From the IMG/VR virus record IMGVR_UViG_3300028648_000132: 64,000 nt of DNA; one strand, given 5' to 3'. The notes beneath the pieces are model-generated. The model was not told the origin of the DNA, did no database searches, and saw only the letters and a list, made by a program, of their open reading frames with translations. The stretch comes from a virus. Its lineage: Duplodnaviria; Heunggongvirae; Uroviricota; Caudoviricetes. Below, one piece after another: positions 18,585 through 27,931 of the stretch (within the stretch, counting starts at the first letter, position 1; every line of letters starts with the position of its first letter). A program made the position numbers and the translations under genes.

Positions 18585-18611
18585 AAAAAGGCCCCCGGGG
18601 TGTCGGGGGCC
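18585..18611 (-). terminator. intrinsic terminator between the protease and capsid genes (minus-strand orientation)
   Basis: 8-bp GC stem GGCCCCCG / CGGGGGCC with a 6-nt loop, followed on the minus strand by UUUUU. Confidence 0.5.
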
Positions 18612-18663
18612 TTGCGGTTGGTGCGTCGGGCGGAATTTGTGGGGCGCCTAGTGGCGCCGGGTG

Positions 18664-19548
18664 TTACTGGTCGATGACTGCAAGCGCGTCGTTGAGGGAC
18701 AGCACGGAGCCATCCTCGGACGCAAAGCCCTGGCGAGCCATGGCCTCTCGTAGCGACATGCCCTTAGCGGCATCGTCATCGGATCGAGATTGCATGATCT
18801 GGGCTGCGGCAGCCGCGGCGTCTGCGGCCATGCGGGCAGTGTCATGGGCCGCCTGTACGGCGGCAACCTTGTCGATGCTGCCAAGGGAGTTCAGGACAGC
18901 GCGTGCTCGGCGGAGAAGTTCCCCGTCGGAACGGATTTCAGCGAGCGCGCCGGGGTCGCAGTCGGCCAGGAACGCGAGGGCCTGGTCGACTGATTTGAGT
19001 TCGGCGCTGGTGGTGGGGTTGGCACCGAAGTTGACCACGGACACATCTCCCTTGTGTAGCGAGACCTCGGTGATGGTGCGAAGGGCGTAGTTGTCCTCCG
19101 GGAAGTCCTCGGTGCACTCCCACTTCTGGCCCTTCACGCGGAACGCGAAGGACATCTCGTCCATGTCCTTGCGGCGCATCTTCGGCTCCAGCCGTTGCAC
19201 GTCGGGATCGGACCGGTCGAGCTGGGCCGTGACCTTGAGGCCGTGCCGGTCGACGCCGAGCTGGAGGGTGTCGGACTTGGTGCGCGCCAGCGGCATGCCC
19301 TCGTGGTTGATGAGCAGGTGCAGGTCCGGCTTCTCACGGAGGGTGTTGGTGAAAGCGGCCTTGTCCAGCTGCTCGATCCAGCCGCCAGCGTCGGGGCCGC
19401 CGTACATCTCGTACGGCTCGAAGGTCGACGCGTACCCGGTGAGGGTGATGGTGTCGCTGTCCTCGCGGACTTCGAACGACGACGTCCGGCGGTGCTCCCA
19501 GACGTCCTTGCGATTGTCGCGGTCGGCGCGAATGGTGTTGGTGGTCAT
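18664..19548 (-). CDS. prohead (capsid maturation) protease, HK97 family
   Basis: 294 aa containing HLLINHEGMPLARTKSDTLQL, which is typical of the S78/HK97 protease family. ATG overlaps the portal stop. Lies between the portal and capsid genes. Confidence 0.8.
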   Translation of the reverse strand: MTTNTIRADRDNRKDVWEHRRTSSFEVREDSDTITLTGYASTFEPYEMYGGPDAGGWIEQLDKAAFTNTLREKPDLHLLINHEGMPLARTKSDTLQLGVDRHGLKVTAQLDRSDPDVQRLEPKMRRKDMDEMSFAFRVKGQKWECTEDFPEDNYALRTITEVSLHKGDVSVVNFGANPTTSAELKSVDQALAFLADCDPGALAEIRSDGELLRRARAVLNSLGSIDKVAAVQAAHDTARMAADAAAAAAQIMQSRSDDDAAKGMSLREAMARQGFASEDGSVLSLNDALAVIDQ

Positions 19549-20852
19549 TGGTCCTCCTGTCCCGTGCCTTCTTCGTCCTCATCGGGTTCGTCGGCCGGTT
19601 CTTCTTCGGGGGTCTCGTCGTCCTCTGGTTCTGGCTCCGCCGCGGATGTCCCGGGTGGGTCCGGGGGTGTCCAGCCGAGGGGCGCCATGTTGGTGGGTTG
19701 CAGCCGGATGTCGCCGCCCTCCACGGGTTCCATGTCCTCGCGTTCGCGGATGTCGTTGACGCTGTAGACACCGGCGTCACGACCGGCCTTGTAGGACGTC
19801 CACAGGGACTTGATGTCGCCGCGGAGCAGGTCGTTGACGTCGAACTTCACGAAGACACCGCGCGGTAGCAGTGTCGACAGCTGCTGCTCGATGCAGGTGA
19901 GCCAGGGGCGCAGGGTGTACCGGACGAAGCCGGTGGACTGCTGCTCGATGCCGGTACCCCATGACGTCGTCTTCTCGGTGTCGCCGATCATGTGGGGCGG
20001 GATACGGAACAGCATGGCAATCTCGCCTCGCTGGTACTTACGGGTTTCCAGGAATTGGGACTCGTTGGGAGATATGGCGATTGGGCGCCACTTCACCCCG
20101 CCCGACAAGATGGCGGGGCGGCGACGGCCGCCGTGGCTGGCGATCCATTGCTGTTGCAGGTTCTTGGTTGCCGTCGCGTCTAGGACGAGGTCTGTCTCAA
20201 GGACCGAGCTGGGGTTGGCTGAGTCGCGGAAGTAGTTGAGGCCGTAGCGTTCTGCGGCAAGGGCGATGCCCACGGCTGCTGCTGCGCGCTGCACGGGGGA
20301 CAGCCCGAGGGCCGCTCCGGCGATGGGGTAGCGCTTGATGTGGAGGATGTCGGAGCGGTTGACCTTGCTGCCTTCAACGTAATAGTTGGGGTTAGGCCAC
20401 CGATCTTTGTCAGGCATCTCCACCGTGATGCAGTCGGGATGGACGGGCATAACACCGCGGGGCCGGTCATCGGGTCCGCGGGATGTTATGTAGCCGTAGC
20501 CATTTCCAGTTACAGCCAGTGCTTCAACCAGCATCCATACCCAGTCGAAGACCGTGTTTTCGACGTACGGCTGCTGGACAATAACGGGTTGGGGATCGAG
20601 GGCAACCTTGGTCTTGCCCTGGCGCCGGTACGCAACTAGCGGCAAGGCGGCGATGGTGTCGGCGAGAAGCGTTACGCAGGCGGTGAATGCGGCGACCTGC
20701 ATCTCGCGGGTACCGGTAGGGGTCATGGACCCGTACCCGTACATGCCATTCATCGCGGCGTCTTCGGCCGGGGTGGGCACGAACGACGAGCTGGTGATGG
20801 CCCGCTCCTCCACCGCGGGTGCACCGGTGAAGATGCGGGACAGGAAGCTCAC
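19545..20852 (-). CDS. portal protein
   Basis: 435 aa with an acidic C-terminal tail, directly downstream of the terminase genes. Conserved portal core (FRIPPHMIGD). GTG start overlaps the upstream stop. Confidence 0.85.
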   Translation of the reverse strand: MSFLSRIFTGAPAVEERAITSSSFVPTPAEDAAMNGMYGYGSMTPTGTREMQVAAFTACVTLLADTIAALPLVAYRRQGKTKVALDPQPVIVQQPYVENTVFDWVWMLVEALAVTGNGYGYITSRGPDDRPRGVMPVHPDCITVEMPDKDRWPNPNYYVEGSKVNRSDILHIKRYPIAGAALGLSPVQRAAAAVGIALAAERYGLNYFRDSANPSSVLETDLVLDATATKNLQQQWIASHGGRRRPAILSGGVKWRPIAISPNESQFLETRKYQRGEIAMLFRIPPHMIGDTEKTTSWGTGIEQQSTGFVRYTLRPWLTCIEQQLSTLLPRGVFVKFDVNDLLRGDIKSLWTSYKAGRDAGVYSVNDIREREDMEPVEGGDIRLQPTNMAPLGWTPPDPPGTSAAEPEPEDDETPEEEPADEPDEDEEGTGQEDQ

Positions 20853-21022
20853 TGCTCAGTCCGCCGCTCACGGCCAGGAGGCGGGTCTATTGCCAAACCT
20901 ATTGCTACACAACCTATTCCAGTGACAATTAGCCCCGCCGGGGGGTAAATTACCCACACGCCAGCGACAATCGCGAAGATTCCTAGCAGCTCAACGAGCG
21001 TTGCTACAGCAAACCTGATCAC
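20849..21022 (-). CDS. small membrane protein (57 aa, two TM helices), not in the ORF track
   Basis: GTG overlaps the TerL stop (GTGA), and its TGA overlaps the portal GTG (GTGA). Hydrophobic sequence VIRFAVATLVELLGIFAIVAGVWVIYPPAGLIVTGIGCVAIGLAI.... Confidence 0.45.
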   Translation of the reverse strand: MIRFAVATLVELLGIFAIVAGVWVIYPPAGLIVTGIGCVAIGLAIDPPPGRERRTEQ

Positions 21023-22629
21023 TCAAACTCCCCTCGTTCCCATCGCGCGATCTCCTCGTCGTCGGGCCATTCATGGATTTCAGGTACCGGGTCGGGTACC
21101 GGTATCCCTTTGGATTCGGCCCACGCCGCGGCGGCGCAGGCAACTAGCGGTGACGCATCGACCGGGCTTCCCTTGCGGTCGAATACCCATGCGTCGCCTA
21201 GTGATTTCGCTGCGGCGGATGCGGCGGCTGTGTCGAGCGCTGCTTGCGGCCGGTGCTTGATTCCGCGTTGCACGAGGCCGTCGTAGAAGTCGCCACATGC
21301 CTTAGCGAGGTCTGGGCCGCCCCACTCCAGCACCGGGATTTCGGCCTTTTCCATGCCCTCGATCAGCCCGGAGGCTGGCGCACCGCGTACCTGTACAGCC
21401 ACCGCGACGAACTTTCCGGCGCGTGTGGAGTCGGTGAACCACGGGATGATCCAGTCGGTTCCGCGTCCGGCCTTCACGACCTCGACGTGCAGAAGGCCAT
21501 CCGCGCGGCGCGCCGCGATGGCGATATATGCGCGCGAGCGTTGGAAGTTGACGTCTACGGCAGCCCACACAGGCGCCCCCTCAGCCCTGCGTGAGTCCGG
21601 GTCCATCGTTTCCGCCCAGTGCTCGGGCTCGATGATTCCGGGCAACAAGGTGTCGACCCATTGGCATAGGTGCTCGGTTTTGAATCCGGCGATGTCGCCG
21701 CGCTTCGCCTCGTACTTGGCGGCCAGGGACTCCTCGTCGTGGCCCGGCAGCCAGCCGAGGGCTGGGTTGGCCATGGGCCACACCGACCGGTTACTCGGCT
21801 CGGCGTCGTCCGGTGCTGACCACTCGAAGAGGCCGGTGCTGGTGCCGTCGGTGTCCCGCCGGTAGATGTCCTCTAGGCAGCCCTGCCGGACGGAACGAAG
21901 CACCATGGAGCGCGTGTCACCGGCGTTGGAGGCACAGACCACCTGGCTGTTCGGCCGGGCAGTAGTGGTCGGGACTATGGCATCCCAGGCCAGCCAGTCG
22001 TGGTGCTCGCGCAGCTCGTCCAGCTGCGCGAGATCGACGGAGAAGGAACGGCCGCCCTTGCGGTTTGCGGCGACCGCGCGCCATGACCGGCGGCCGGTCA
22101 GCAGCATTCGGTGCTTGCCGTTCGTCTGTACGTGCTTGACGAATTCCCGCTTGAGGGCTGGGCATTCGTCGACGTTGATGACAACTTCGCCCAGCGTCGC
22201 CTCGGCGTACTCCAGGCCCTGCGCGGCGATCAGAACCGTCTTGGCCGCCGGTGGCTTCCCGGCCATCGGGTGGCCGGTCTTATTGAGGTACAGGCGCCAG
22301 AGGCCGAGGCCGCGCAGCCACTGGGTTTTGCCGTTCTGGCGGGCGATCAAAATGCAGACGGTGCGGAACCTGAATCCGGTTCCGTTGGCGCCCTTCTCCA
22401 GGGCGTGGATGTAGAGCCACTTCTGGTACGGCAGAAGTTCCCAGTTGACGACGTTTTCGAGGAAGTCGATGCAGCCGAAACCCCACGAGGTAGCGGGGTT
22501 TAGACCACACCCGCATTCGCAGGTTTCGGGGAGGTCGGGGTCGCAGTGGTCAGCTAGGGGTGGGGTGAACAGCCTGGGGACTGTGTGTCCCCTAAGCGTT
22601 CTGTCGAGAACGCCACTGGTCGAGGTCAC
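21019..22629 (-). CDS. terminase large subunit
   Basis: 536 aa. ATPase Walker A-like motif ARQNGKTQWL, followed by an acidic nuclease-fold C-terminal half. The N-terminus carries a Cys cluster. Confidence 0.9.
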   Translation of the reverse strand: MTSTSGVLDRTLRGHTVPRLFTPPLADHCDPDLPETCECGCGLNPATSWGFGCIDFLENVVNWELLPYQKWLYIHALEKGANGTGFRFRTVCILIARQNGKTQWLRGLGLWRLYLNKTGHPMAGKPPAAKTVLIAAQGLEYAEATLGEVVINVDECPALKREFVKHVQTNGKHRMLLTGRRSWRAVAANRKGGRSFSVDLAQLDELREHHDWLAWDAIVPTTTARPNSQVVCASNAGDTRSMVLRSVRQGCLEDIYRRDTDGTSTGLFEWSAPDDAEPSNRSVWPMANPALGWLPGHDEESLAAKYEAKRGDIAGFKTEHLCQWVDTLLPGIIEPEHWAETMDPDSRRAEGAPVWAAVDVNFQRSRAYIAIAARRADGLLHVEVVKAGRGTDWIIPWFTDSTRAGKFVAVAVQVRGAPASGLIEGMEKAEIPVLEWGGPDLAKACGDFYDGLVQRGIKHRPQAALDTAAASAAAKSLGDAWVFDRKGSPVDASPLVACAAAAWAESKGIPVPDPVPEIHEWPDDEEIARWERGEFE

Positions 22630-23044
22630 TCACGTTGTCACCGGTGGCGTCGCCGCTGCCCTCGGTGCTCTCGTCGTCTTCGTTGCCGTCGGGGTCCGGC
22701 GGGTCTCCGCCGCCGACCCGGCTTCCGGCGGCTGGCTCAAGCCCGAATAGCCGGGCCTCCTGCTGGGCGACGCGGCGGCAGTGTTCCGCGGATCGGGTGT
22801 CACCGGCGACAGCGCGCGGGTAGTGGGCGGCCCACAGTGCCTCCAGCCGCTCCAGGTAGACGTCGAATGCCTTGTCGCGGAGCAGGTCGCGCCGCTCTGA
22901 CTTCGCCATCTCGCGGCGCACCGCCTTGTGGCAGGCGGCCAGGGTGTTGTAGCCGCAGGCCTCCTGGATGGCGCGGAAGGACTTACCGGCGATGAACAGC
23001 CGTACCGCCTTCATGTCCCGTTCCAGGCGTTCGGCGGCGCGCAC
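22592..23044 (-). CDS. putative terminase small subunit (HTH)
   Basis: 150 aa immediately upstream of TerL, with an HTH (KSFRAIQEACGYNTLAACHKAV) and an acidic C-terminus. Confidence 0.5.
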   Translation of the reverse strand: MRAAERLERDMKAVRLFIAGKSFRAIQEACGYNTLAACHKAVRREMAKSERRDLLRDKAFDVYLERLEALWAAHYPRAVAGDTRSAEHCRRVAQQEARLFGLEPAAGSRVGGGDPPDPDGNEDDESTEGSGDATGDNVSDLDQWRSRQNA

Positions 23045-24501
23045 TAGTCGCGGCCGTCCTCATCGGCCGGGGGGTCGATGACCATCTGGACCTCGCCGCA
23101 CCGGCGGGCGGCCCGTTTCCGGTCGCCCTTCACCAACACGAGGATGTCCTGGTGGGTCCGTCCCAGCGAGCGGCCCTGCGTGAACTGCTTGGCGGCCGTG
23201 AATCGGTTGGAGCCAACCGCCTGCACGAGCACGGCGTCGTTGGCCAGCTTCATATCGGCCTCCCCGGCAGCGCGCTGCACGAGTGCCCGCATGTCCCTCA
23301 GGTCTCCGCGCTTGTCGCGGACGGACCCGACGACCAGGCAGGCGAAGGAGTCGTCGATGAGCACGCGCGCCACCTCCCCGATGGTCTCGATGAACGCCTG
23401 GTCGAATTCGGCCGTCGACATGGCGGATAGGTCCGCTGGGTCCTTGGAGTACTGCTCCAGGTCGTAGTACGGAGGGCAGCCGATCATCATGTCGAAGGAG
23501 TCAGCGGCGAAGGACTTGAGCAGCTCCCGGGAGTCGCCCTGCACCCATTCCGGCCGCGGGCCGGGGTTGTACAGGTTCGGCTCGACCGCCGCCCACTGCT
23601 CGTCGTTCTCTGCGATCTGGTCTGCCGACAGGTCTATGCCGCGGTACCGGCGGCCGATTGCGGACGACACGATGCCGCGGACGCTGCCACCGGCCCACGG
23701 GTCGATCACCGCGGCGCCGGGCGGGGAGAACCAGGTCACCAGCAGCTCCGCCAGCACGGGGTCGAACACCGAGACGTGACCGCCCTCGTACTGCTTGAGC
23801 TGGTCGCCGTATCGCTCGATGATCTCGTCGTCGGCCAGGGTCCGGCCTAGCTTGGCCTCGGCGGTGTTCTTGACCTGGTACCAGTTCTTGTAGACCGTCT
23901 GGGCTGCCTGGTAGGCCATCTGTCCGGCGACCGCGCGGCCCTCGACCGACGCGATGCCGAGGGCCTTCCACGCCCTGCCCCGGTCACGCCACTGCCCCTG
24001 CCGGGAGTCCAGCACCGACAGCGGAGGCACACCGAACCGCTCGGCCAGCGTCGCCTTGGCGCCCTCGGTGTCCCCCTCGCCCGGGTTCAACTCGGCCGCC
24101 AGCTCCTCCAAGTCGGCCGCCGAGTACCCGGTGCCGTCCAGCTCATCCAGGCCCTCAAGGAGCGCCAACAGTTCGGCAGTGTCGTAGTCACCGAGGTCGG
24201 ACAAACGGTTGTCGGCCGCGACGATGGCCTTGGCCTGCTGCTCGGACACATCCAGCAACGTGGCGCTGATCGTGTCCCAGCCCAGCTTGCGGGCGGCCAG
24301 CAGGGTGTGGTTGCCCGCCAGCACCTCCATGGGCCGTCCGGTCTTAGTCCCTGCGTTGACGACAATGGGCCGGTACTGGCCGTGCCGGGACAGCGACCGG
24401 ACGATGGCGTCAACCTGGCCCCGGCGCGGATTGCCGGCAAAAGTCCTCAGGTCCGTCACAGCAAACACTCGGACGACCAGGTCCTCGGGGGTCATCGCCA
24501 T
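23044..24501 (-). CDS. DNA methyltransferase fused to an N-terminal ParB-like nuclease domain
   Basis: AdoMet-binding motif I DPWAGGSVRG and catalytic motif CPPYY, consistent with an N6A/N4C-type MTase. N-terminal ParB-like region (RPIVVN...AGNHTLLAARKLGW). Start taken at Met18 (MAMTPEDL). Confidence 0.75.
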   Translation of the reverse strand: MAMTPEDLVVRVFAVTDLRTFAGNPRRGQVDAIVRSLSRHGQYRPIVVNAGTKTGRPMEVLAGNHTLLAARKLGWDTISATLLDVSEQQAKAIVAADNRLSDLGDYDTAELLALLEGLDELDGTGYSAADLEELAAELNPGEGDTEGAKATLAERFGVPPLSVLDSRQGQWRDRGRAWKALGIASVEGRAVAGQMAYQAAQTVYKNWYQVKNTAEAKLGRTLADDEIIERYGDQLKQYEGGHVSVFDPVLAELLVTWFSPPGAAVIDPWAGGSVRGIVSSAIGRRYRGIDLSADQIAENDEQWAAVEPNLYNPGPRPEWVQGDSRELLKSFAADSFDMMIGCPPYYDLEQYSKDPADLSAMSTAEFDQAFIETIGEVARVLIDDSFACLVVGSVRDKRGDLRDMRALVQRAAGEADMKLANDAVLVQAVGSNRFTAAKQFTQGRSLGRTHQDILVLVKGDRKRAARRCGEVQMVIDPPADEDGRD

Positions 24502-24680
24502 GTGGATTCCGTCAACTTTCGTCGGGGGGGGAGGACACAAGCCGGGCGGCATGGGCCTCGGCTAGGCGTTTGAAGTTTCGGAGCCCCCTTACCCCTCTGG
24601 TTGGCCCTGAGACGGCCGTTCGTGGGGTCGCCGGTGTCATAGGTCCTCTGTGGCACAGGGGCGTACAGGGCGTTTCAGCG

Positions 24681-25433
24681 TTACCACTGCTCTGAGGGCA
24701 TACCGATGTCGATGTGGGCGTCGTCGGTGCCGCGTTTGAGGTTGCAGTCGCGGTGGGAGGGCCGGAGGTTGTTGACGTCCATGGCCAGCTCGGGGCGTTC
24801 CTTGACTGGTGCGGCGTGGTCGGCGTTGAAGACATCGGGGTGGTAGGGGTCGGTGATGGTGTAGTCGATGGGGCGGTGGCAGATCCAGCAGGGTGCGCCG
24901 GTGGTGCCGTCGTCGTTGGTGTGGTGGGCGCAGGCGGTGCGGAAGTCGGCGACGAGCTTGCGGTAGGCGCGGGAGCGTGGGCGTCCGTCTGCGTCCAGGC
25001 CGGGTACGGCGGCGGGGTCCACGGGTGTGGTGGGTGCTTCGTCGTGGGTCTCGTACCAGTGGCGTGCTGCCTGCTGGATGTTGTGGGGCCGCTGCTGCTG
25101 GGCGCGGGCGAGCACAACGTCCTTGCCGGGGTTGATGGTTACGACCTCTGCGCCCAGCGCCCGGTACTTGGTGAGCAGGGCCTCGCTGGGTGTGGAGTGG
25201 ATGACGTACACGTCGGTGGTGGCGATCAGCAGTACCGCGGTGTCTATGGCTGCCTGCCGGGCTGCCTTCGTTACGGCCTTCACGTGCTCGGGGTGGCTGT
25301 GGGGGTCACCGCTGGGCGGGGTGAGGACGTTGGCGATGGCGTCGTAGTCGATGGTGATGTCGCCGGGCTGGGCGTTGGCCTGCACCCACGTTGACTTGCC
25401 TGCGGCGGGTGGACCGGTCACCACGTACAGCAC
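24681..25433 (-). CDS. P-loop kinase-like NTPase fused to an HNH endonuclease domain
   Basis: Walker A GPPAAGKST at the N-terminus. C-terminal HNH motifs CWICHRPIDYT...ADHAAPV...HRDCNLKRG. Confidence 0.7.
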   Translation of the reverse strand: MLYVVTGPPAAGKSTWVQANAQPGDITIDYDAIANVLTPPSGDPHSHPEHVKAVTKAARQAAIDTAVLLIATTDVYVIHSTPSEALLTKYRALGAEVVTINPGKDVVLARAQQQRPHNIQQAARHWYETHDEAPTTPVDPAAVPGLDADGRPRSRAYRKLVADFRTACAHHTNDDGTTGAPCWICHRPIDYTITDPYHPDVFNADHAAPVKERPELAMDVNNLRPSHRDCNLKRGTDDAHIDIGMPSEQW

Positions 25434-25581
25434 TAGACGCCCTCAGATAGGAGTGGTGTGTGGGTGTGCGCGTGGTCGTTGAAGTTCCCTGTGACGGTGA
25501 TCTGGCTGCATGTGGCGCAGTGCAGTACCGCGCCGTTAGTGCACGGGTACCAGACCCATGGGCCTGGGCAGCCGGTCAGCA

Positions 25582-25836
25582 TCAGCGCAACCACCGGAGC
25601 AGGCGCAGCAGTGGCCGCTTCCAGCGGGGCGCCGTGAGGTACCGCACGGTGTCGTGTAGCTCAGTGATGAGCTTGTGGGCGCGGGTGATCGGGTCCTGGC
25701 CGGGTGCAGGGCAGGTGGGTGGTTGTAAGTCAGGTGTAAGTCCGTCGGTGACGTGGACCCATGAATATTTCTTGCCGCTGATGTGGTCGATGTAGACGAC
25801 GCCGTTGATGACGACGCCTACGCGCTGGCCGGTCAT
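25582..25836 (-). CDS. hypothetical protein
   Basis: 84-aa ORF in an operon of co-directional genes. Its stop overlaps the start of the downstream gene. Confidence 0.4.
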   Translation of the reverse strand: MTGQRVGVVINGVVYIDHISGKKYSWVHVTDGLTPDLQPPTCPAPGQDPITRAHKLITELHDTVRYLTAPRWKRPLLRLLRWLR

Positions 25837-26267
25837 CAGTGGAGGCCTACGGGCTTGTGGCCGCGGACGTCGGCGTCACCGGGGCAGCCAGTGCACAAGG
25901 CGTCAGGGCCGCCGAGCCATTCGGGTGCCGGGTGCTCGCACTTGCCGTCGGCGTGGGCGGGGTGGCCGCAGTACCCGCACGGGGGGCTACTGGTGTCGGC
26001 CTCGGGTCGCTCCACGGTCGCCACGAACTCGTAGAACGTGTACTCAGCCAGCGGTCGGTCGAGGCGTTCGGCGGCGAGGTAGGCGCCAGTCCTCGGGTCT
26101 GTCGGCAGGGCGTCAACCGGGACTGTCGACTCGGTGAAGTCGACGACGGTGAGGCCGTCAGCCGCCGCGGTGGTCTCGAATGACTCGCGGGAGTGCCAGC
26201 GCACCTGATCCAGGTCCATGTCGGGAAGTACCGGGATGACGGCGCGGAGCTGGCGCTGATTGCTCAC
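25836..26267 (-). CDS. hypothetical Cys/His-rich protein
   Basis: 143 aa with C-terminal CGYCGH...CEHP...CTGC clusters. Confidence 0.45.
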   Translation of the reverse strand: MSNQRQLRAVIPVLPDMDLDQVRWHSRESFETTAAADGLTVVDFTESTVPVDALPTDPRTGAYLAAERLDRPLAEYTFYEFVATVERPEADTSSPPCGYCGHPAHADGKCEHPAPEWLGGPDALCTGCPGDADVRGHKPVGLH

Positions 26268-26704
26268 CAGAACAACCGATCATCGGCGCGCGGCGCGTGA
26301 TAGATACGGGCGGGCGGCCCGTACAGCAGCTCGCGCGGTACCGGTACGTCATCGAACACGTAGGTGTCCACGCGCAGGCGGGGCGAGCACGTGGAGCCAA
26401 TCGAGCGGAAGTGGACACGGCCGCCGGAGCGGTGCCGGACGGACGGATCACCATTCCGTCGAGACACCCGGTCGAGTACGTCCACCCCAGGCACAAGGTG
26501 CTCATCCAGCAGACGGCGGAAGGTGTCGGTGGCCACGGTCCAATCGAACGCCTCATACAGGACGGTGCGACCGCGACGAATCTCACCGGCAACGAGGTCG
26601 AGCAGGACGTGCGTCTTGCCGTGCATGCGGTCACCGCTGACCGTGACCACAGTGACCTTCGGGCCAGCAACGGCATCCTGGTGGACCTGCTCCGCAGTGG
26701 TCAC
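26264..26704 (-). CDS. small P-loop NTPase
   Basis: Walker A-like GDRMHGKT and Walker B-like TYVFDDV. Confidence 0.45.
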   Translation of the reverse strand: MTTAEQVHQDAVAGPKVTVVTVSGDRMHGKTHVLLDLVAGEIRRGRTVLYEAFDWTVATDTFRRLLDEHLVPGVDVLDRVSRRNGDPSVRHRSGGRVHFRSIGSTCSPRLRVDTYVFDDVPVPRELLYGPPARIYHAPRADDRLFW

Positions 26705-26982
26705 GCGTGGCGGTCCTGGATGACGGTCTGGTGGGCGTTGGCGATCGGCTCCCGCGAGACCTCACGGGCGATGGCTGCGTTGCCCCACATCAGGACTTCC
26801 TCCAGCTTGGTCAACGCGAGGGACTTCTCGCGGCCCGGCGGGAGGATGGTGTCTAGGTCGTGGGCCAGTTCCCGGCACTTGCCGCGGATGGTCTCGTGGC
26901 TGGTGACCTGCTCAGGGTCGGGTCGGTGGTAGTTGAACCGGTGGTCGATGTCTGCGTGGCTGGTGGGGGTGCTGTGGAACAT
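26701..26982 (-). CDS. hypothetical protein
   Basis: Start at MFHSTPTSH with an AAGGAGA RBS; an alternative start is 27018. The upstream ~225 codons of the track ORF are Arg/Pro/Ser junk. Confidence 0.45.
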   Translation of the reverse strand: MFHSTPTSHADIDHRFNYHRPDPEQVTSHETIRGKCRELAHDLDTILPPGREKSLALTKLEEVLMWGNAAIAREVSREPIANAHQTVIQDRHA

Positions 26983-27077
26983 GGCTGGGTCTCCTTGGAG
27001 CCATAGGTTGCAGGTCATGGTCAGACCTGCCTCGTTGATCACTGCTCGCAGCAGCGGGTCGTGGAGGGCGGGTTGGG

Positions 27078-27449
27078 TCAGCACAGGTAGCACTTCTTCT
27101 TGGTGTGGTCGTGCTGGCGTCGGTGGCAGCCGGGGCATGTGCCGCCGAGCTGCTGGCCGCAGTGCCCGCACACCTCGGGGGCGCGCGGTGCCGGTGCGGC
27201 AGGGGTGGGCAGTGTGAGGAGCAGGGTGTAGAAGGTCAGCGGCTGGGACGCCGGATATGCCATGCCTGCGGCGGTGGCCACGACGTCGGGGGTGAGGAGG
27301 TCGGGGTCGGTGGTGATCACCACGGGCTTGCAGCGGCGGCCCTTGCGGGACTGCCCCGGTGTGATGATCTGCCAGCCGGTCAGGTCCAGTAGGTCGGCCA
27401 GCCGCTCGCCGTCCTCGCGGCTGCGGGCGACTACGACACCGGCGCGCAT
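27078..27449 (-). CDS. zinc-ribbon protein
   Basis: ATG at 27449 overlaps the upstream stop (ATGA). C-terminal CGHCG...CPGC motif. Confidence 0.45.
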   Translation of the reverse strand: MRAGVVVARSREDGERLADLLDLTGWQIITPGQSRKGRRCKPVVITTDPDLLTPDVVATAAGMAYPASQPLTFYTLLLTLPTPAAPAPRAPEVCGHCGQQLGGTCPGCHRRQHDHTKKKCYLC

Positions 27450-27931
27450 CAGACGGGCGCCGGGTGGTTCTGGAACCAGCCCTCGTACTGCTGCGGCGTG
27501 AGGAACGGATACCGCTGCACCGTGGTGAGGTTGACCGTCCCACCACCGGTGGTGGGGGCGACGATGGCGAAGTTCCGCCATGACCGGTCACCGCGGTTGA
27601 ACACGATGTTGGAGAAGCTGATGTCGATGTACAGCGGCTGATCCCACGCCAGGAGCGGGGTGTTGGCGATGAGCTTGACGTTGACCGTGCCATCCAGCTG
27701 CTTCAACCGGCCTTCGTCGAGGCGGGCCGTGAAGGTGTCGAGCGCGAAGTCGGTGGGGCGTGGGTTGTACTCGGCGGCGCGGAACGCCCAGCCGGACGGC
27801 ACCCGGTACCGGAACAGGATGGTGCCGGTGACGGGCCGAATATCCGGCTCGTTGTCCGGGTCGGTCTGGCGGTCGGTGACACCTGCCCAGGTGTCGTAGC
27901 TGACCGTGAACGACTCTGGCAGAGCGCTCAC
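27449..27931 (-). CDS. hypothetical protein
   Basis: 160-aa ORF without an Arg-rich artefact, in an overlapping operon arrangement. Confidence 0.5.
   Translation of the reverse strand: MSALPESFTVSYDTWAGVTDRQTDPDNEPDIRPVTGTILFRYRVPSGWAFRAAEYNPRPTDFALDTFTARLDEGRLKQLDGTVNVKLIANTPLLAWDQPLYIDISFSNIVFNRGDRSWRNFAIVAPTTGGGTVNLTTVQRYPFLTPQQYEGWFQNHPAPV

Noticed and set aside
20881-21030. Direct repeats CCTATTGC / TTGCTACA(C/G)AAACCT between TerL and portal, as a possible cos/pac or regulatory repeat
   Set aside because: The interval is fully accounted for by a translationally coupled 57-aa membrane-protein ORF. The repeats fall within its coding sequence.
26701-27693. Very long N-terminal extensions of track ORFs, for example 26701-27693, 40584-41744, 52990-54207, 55090-56454, 56727-57980 and 60152-61378
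   Set aside because: The upstream portions are Arg/Pro/His-rich and run through the preceding gene. Internal ATG/GTG starts that overlap the upstream stop (ATGA/GTGA), often with an RBS, give compact proteins with sensible domains.
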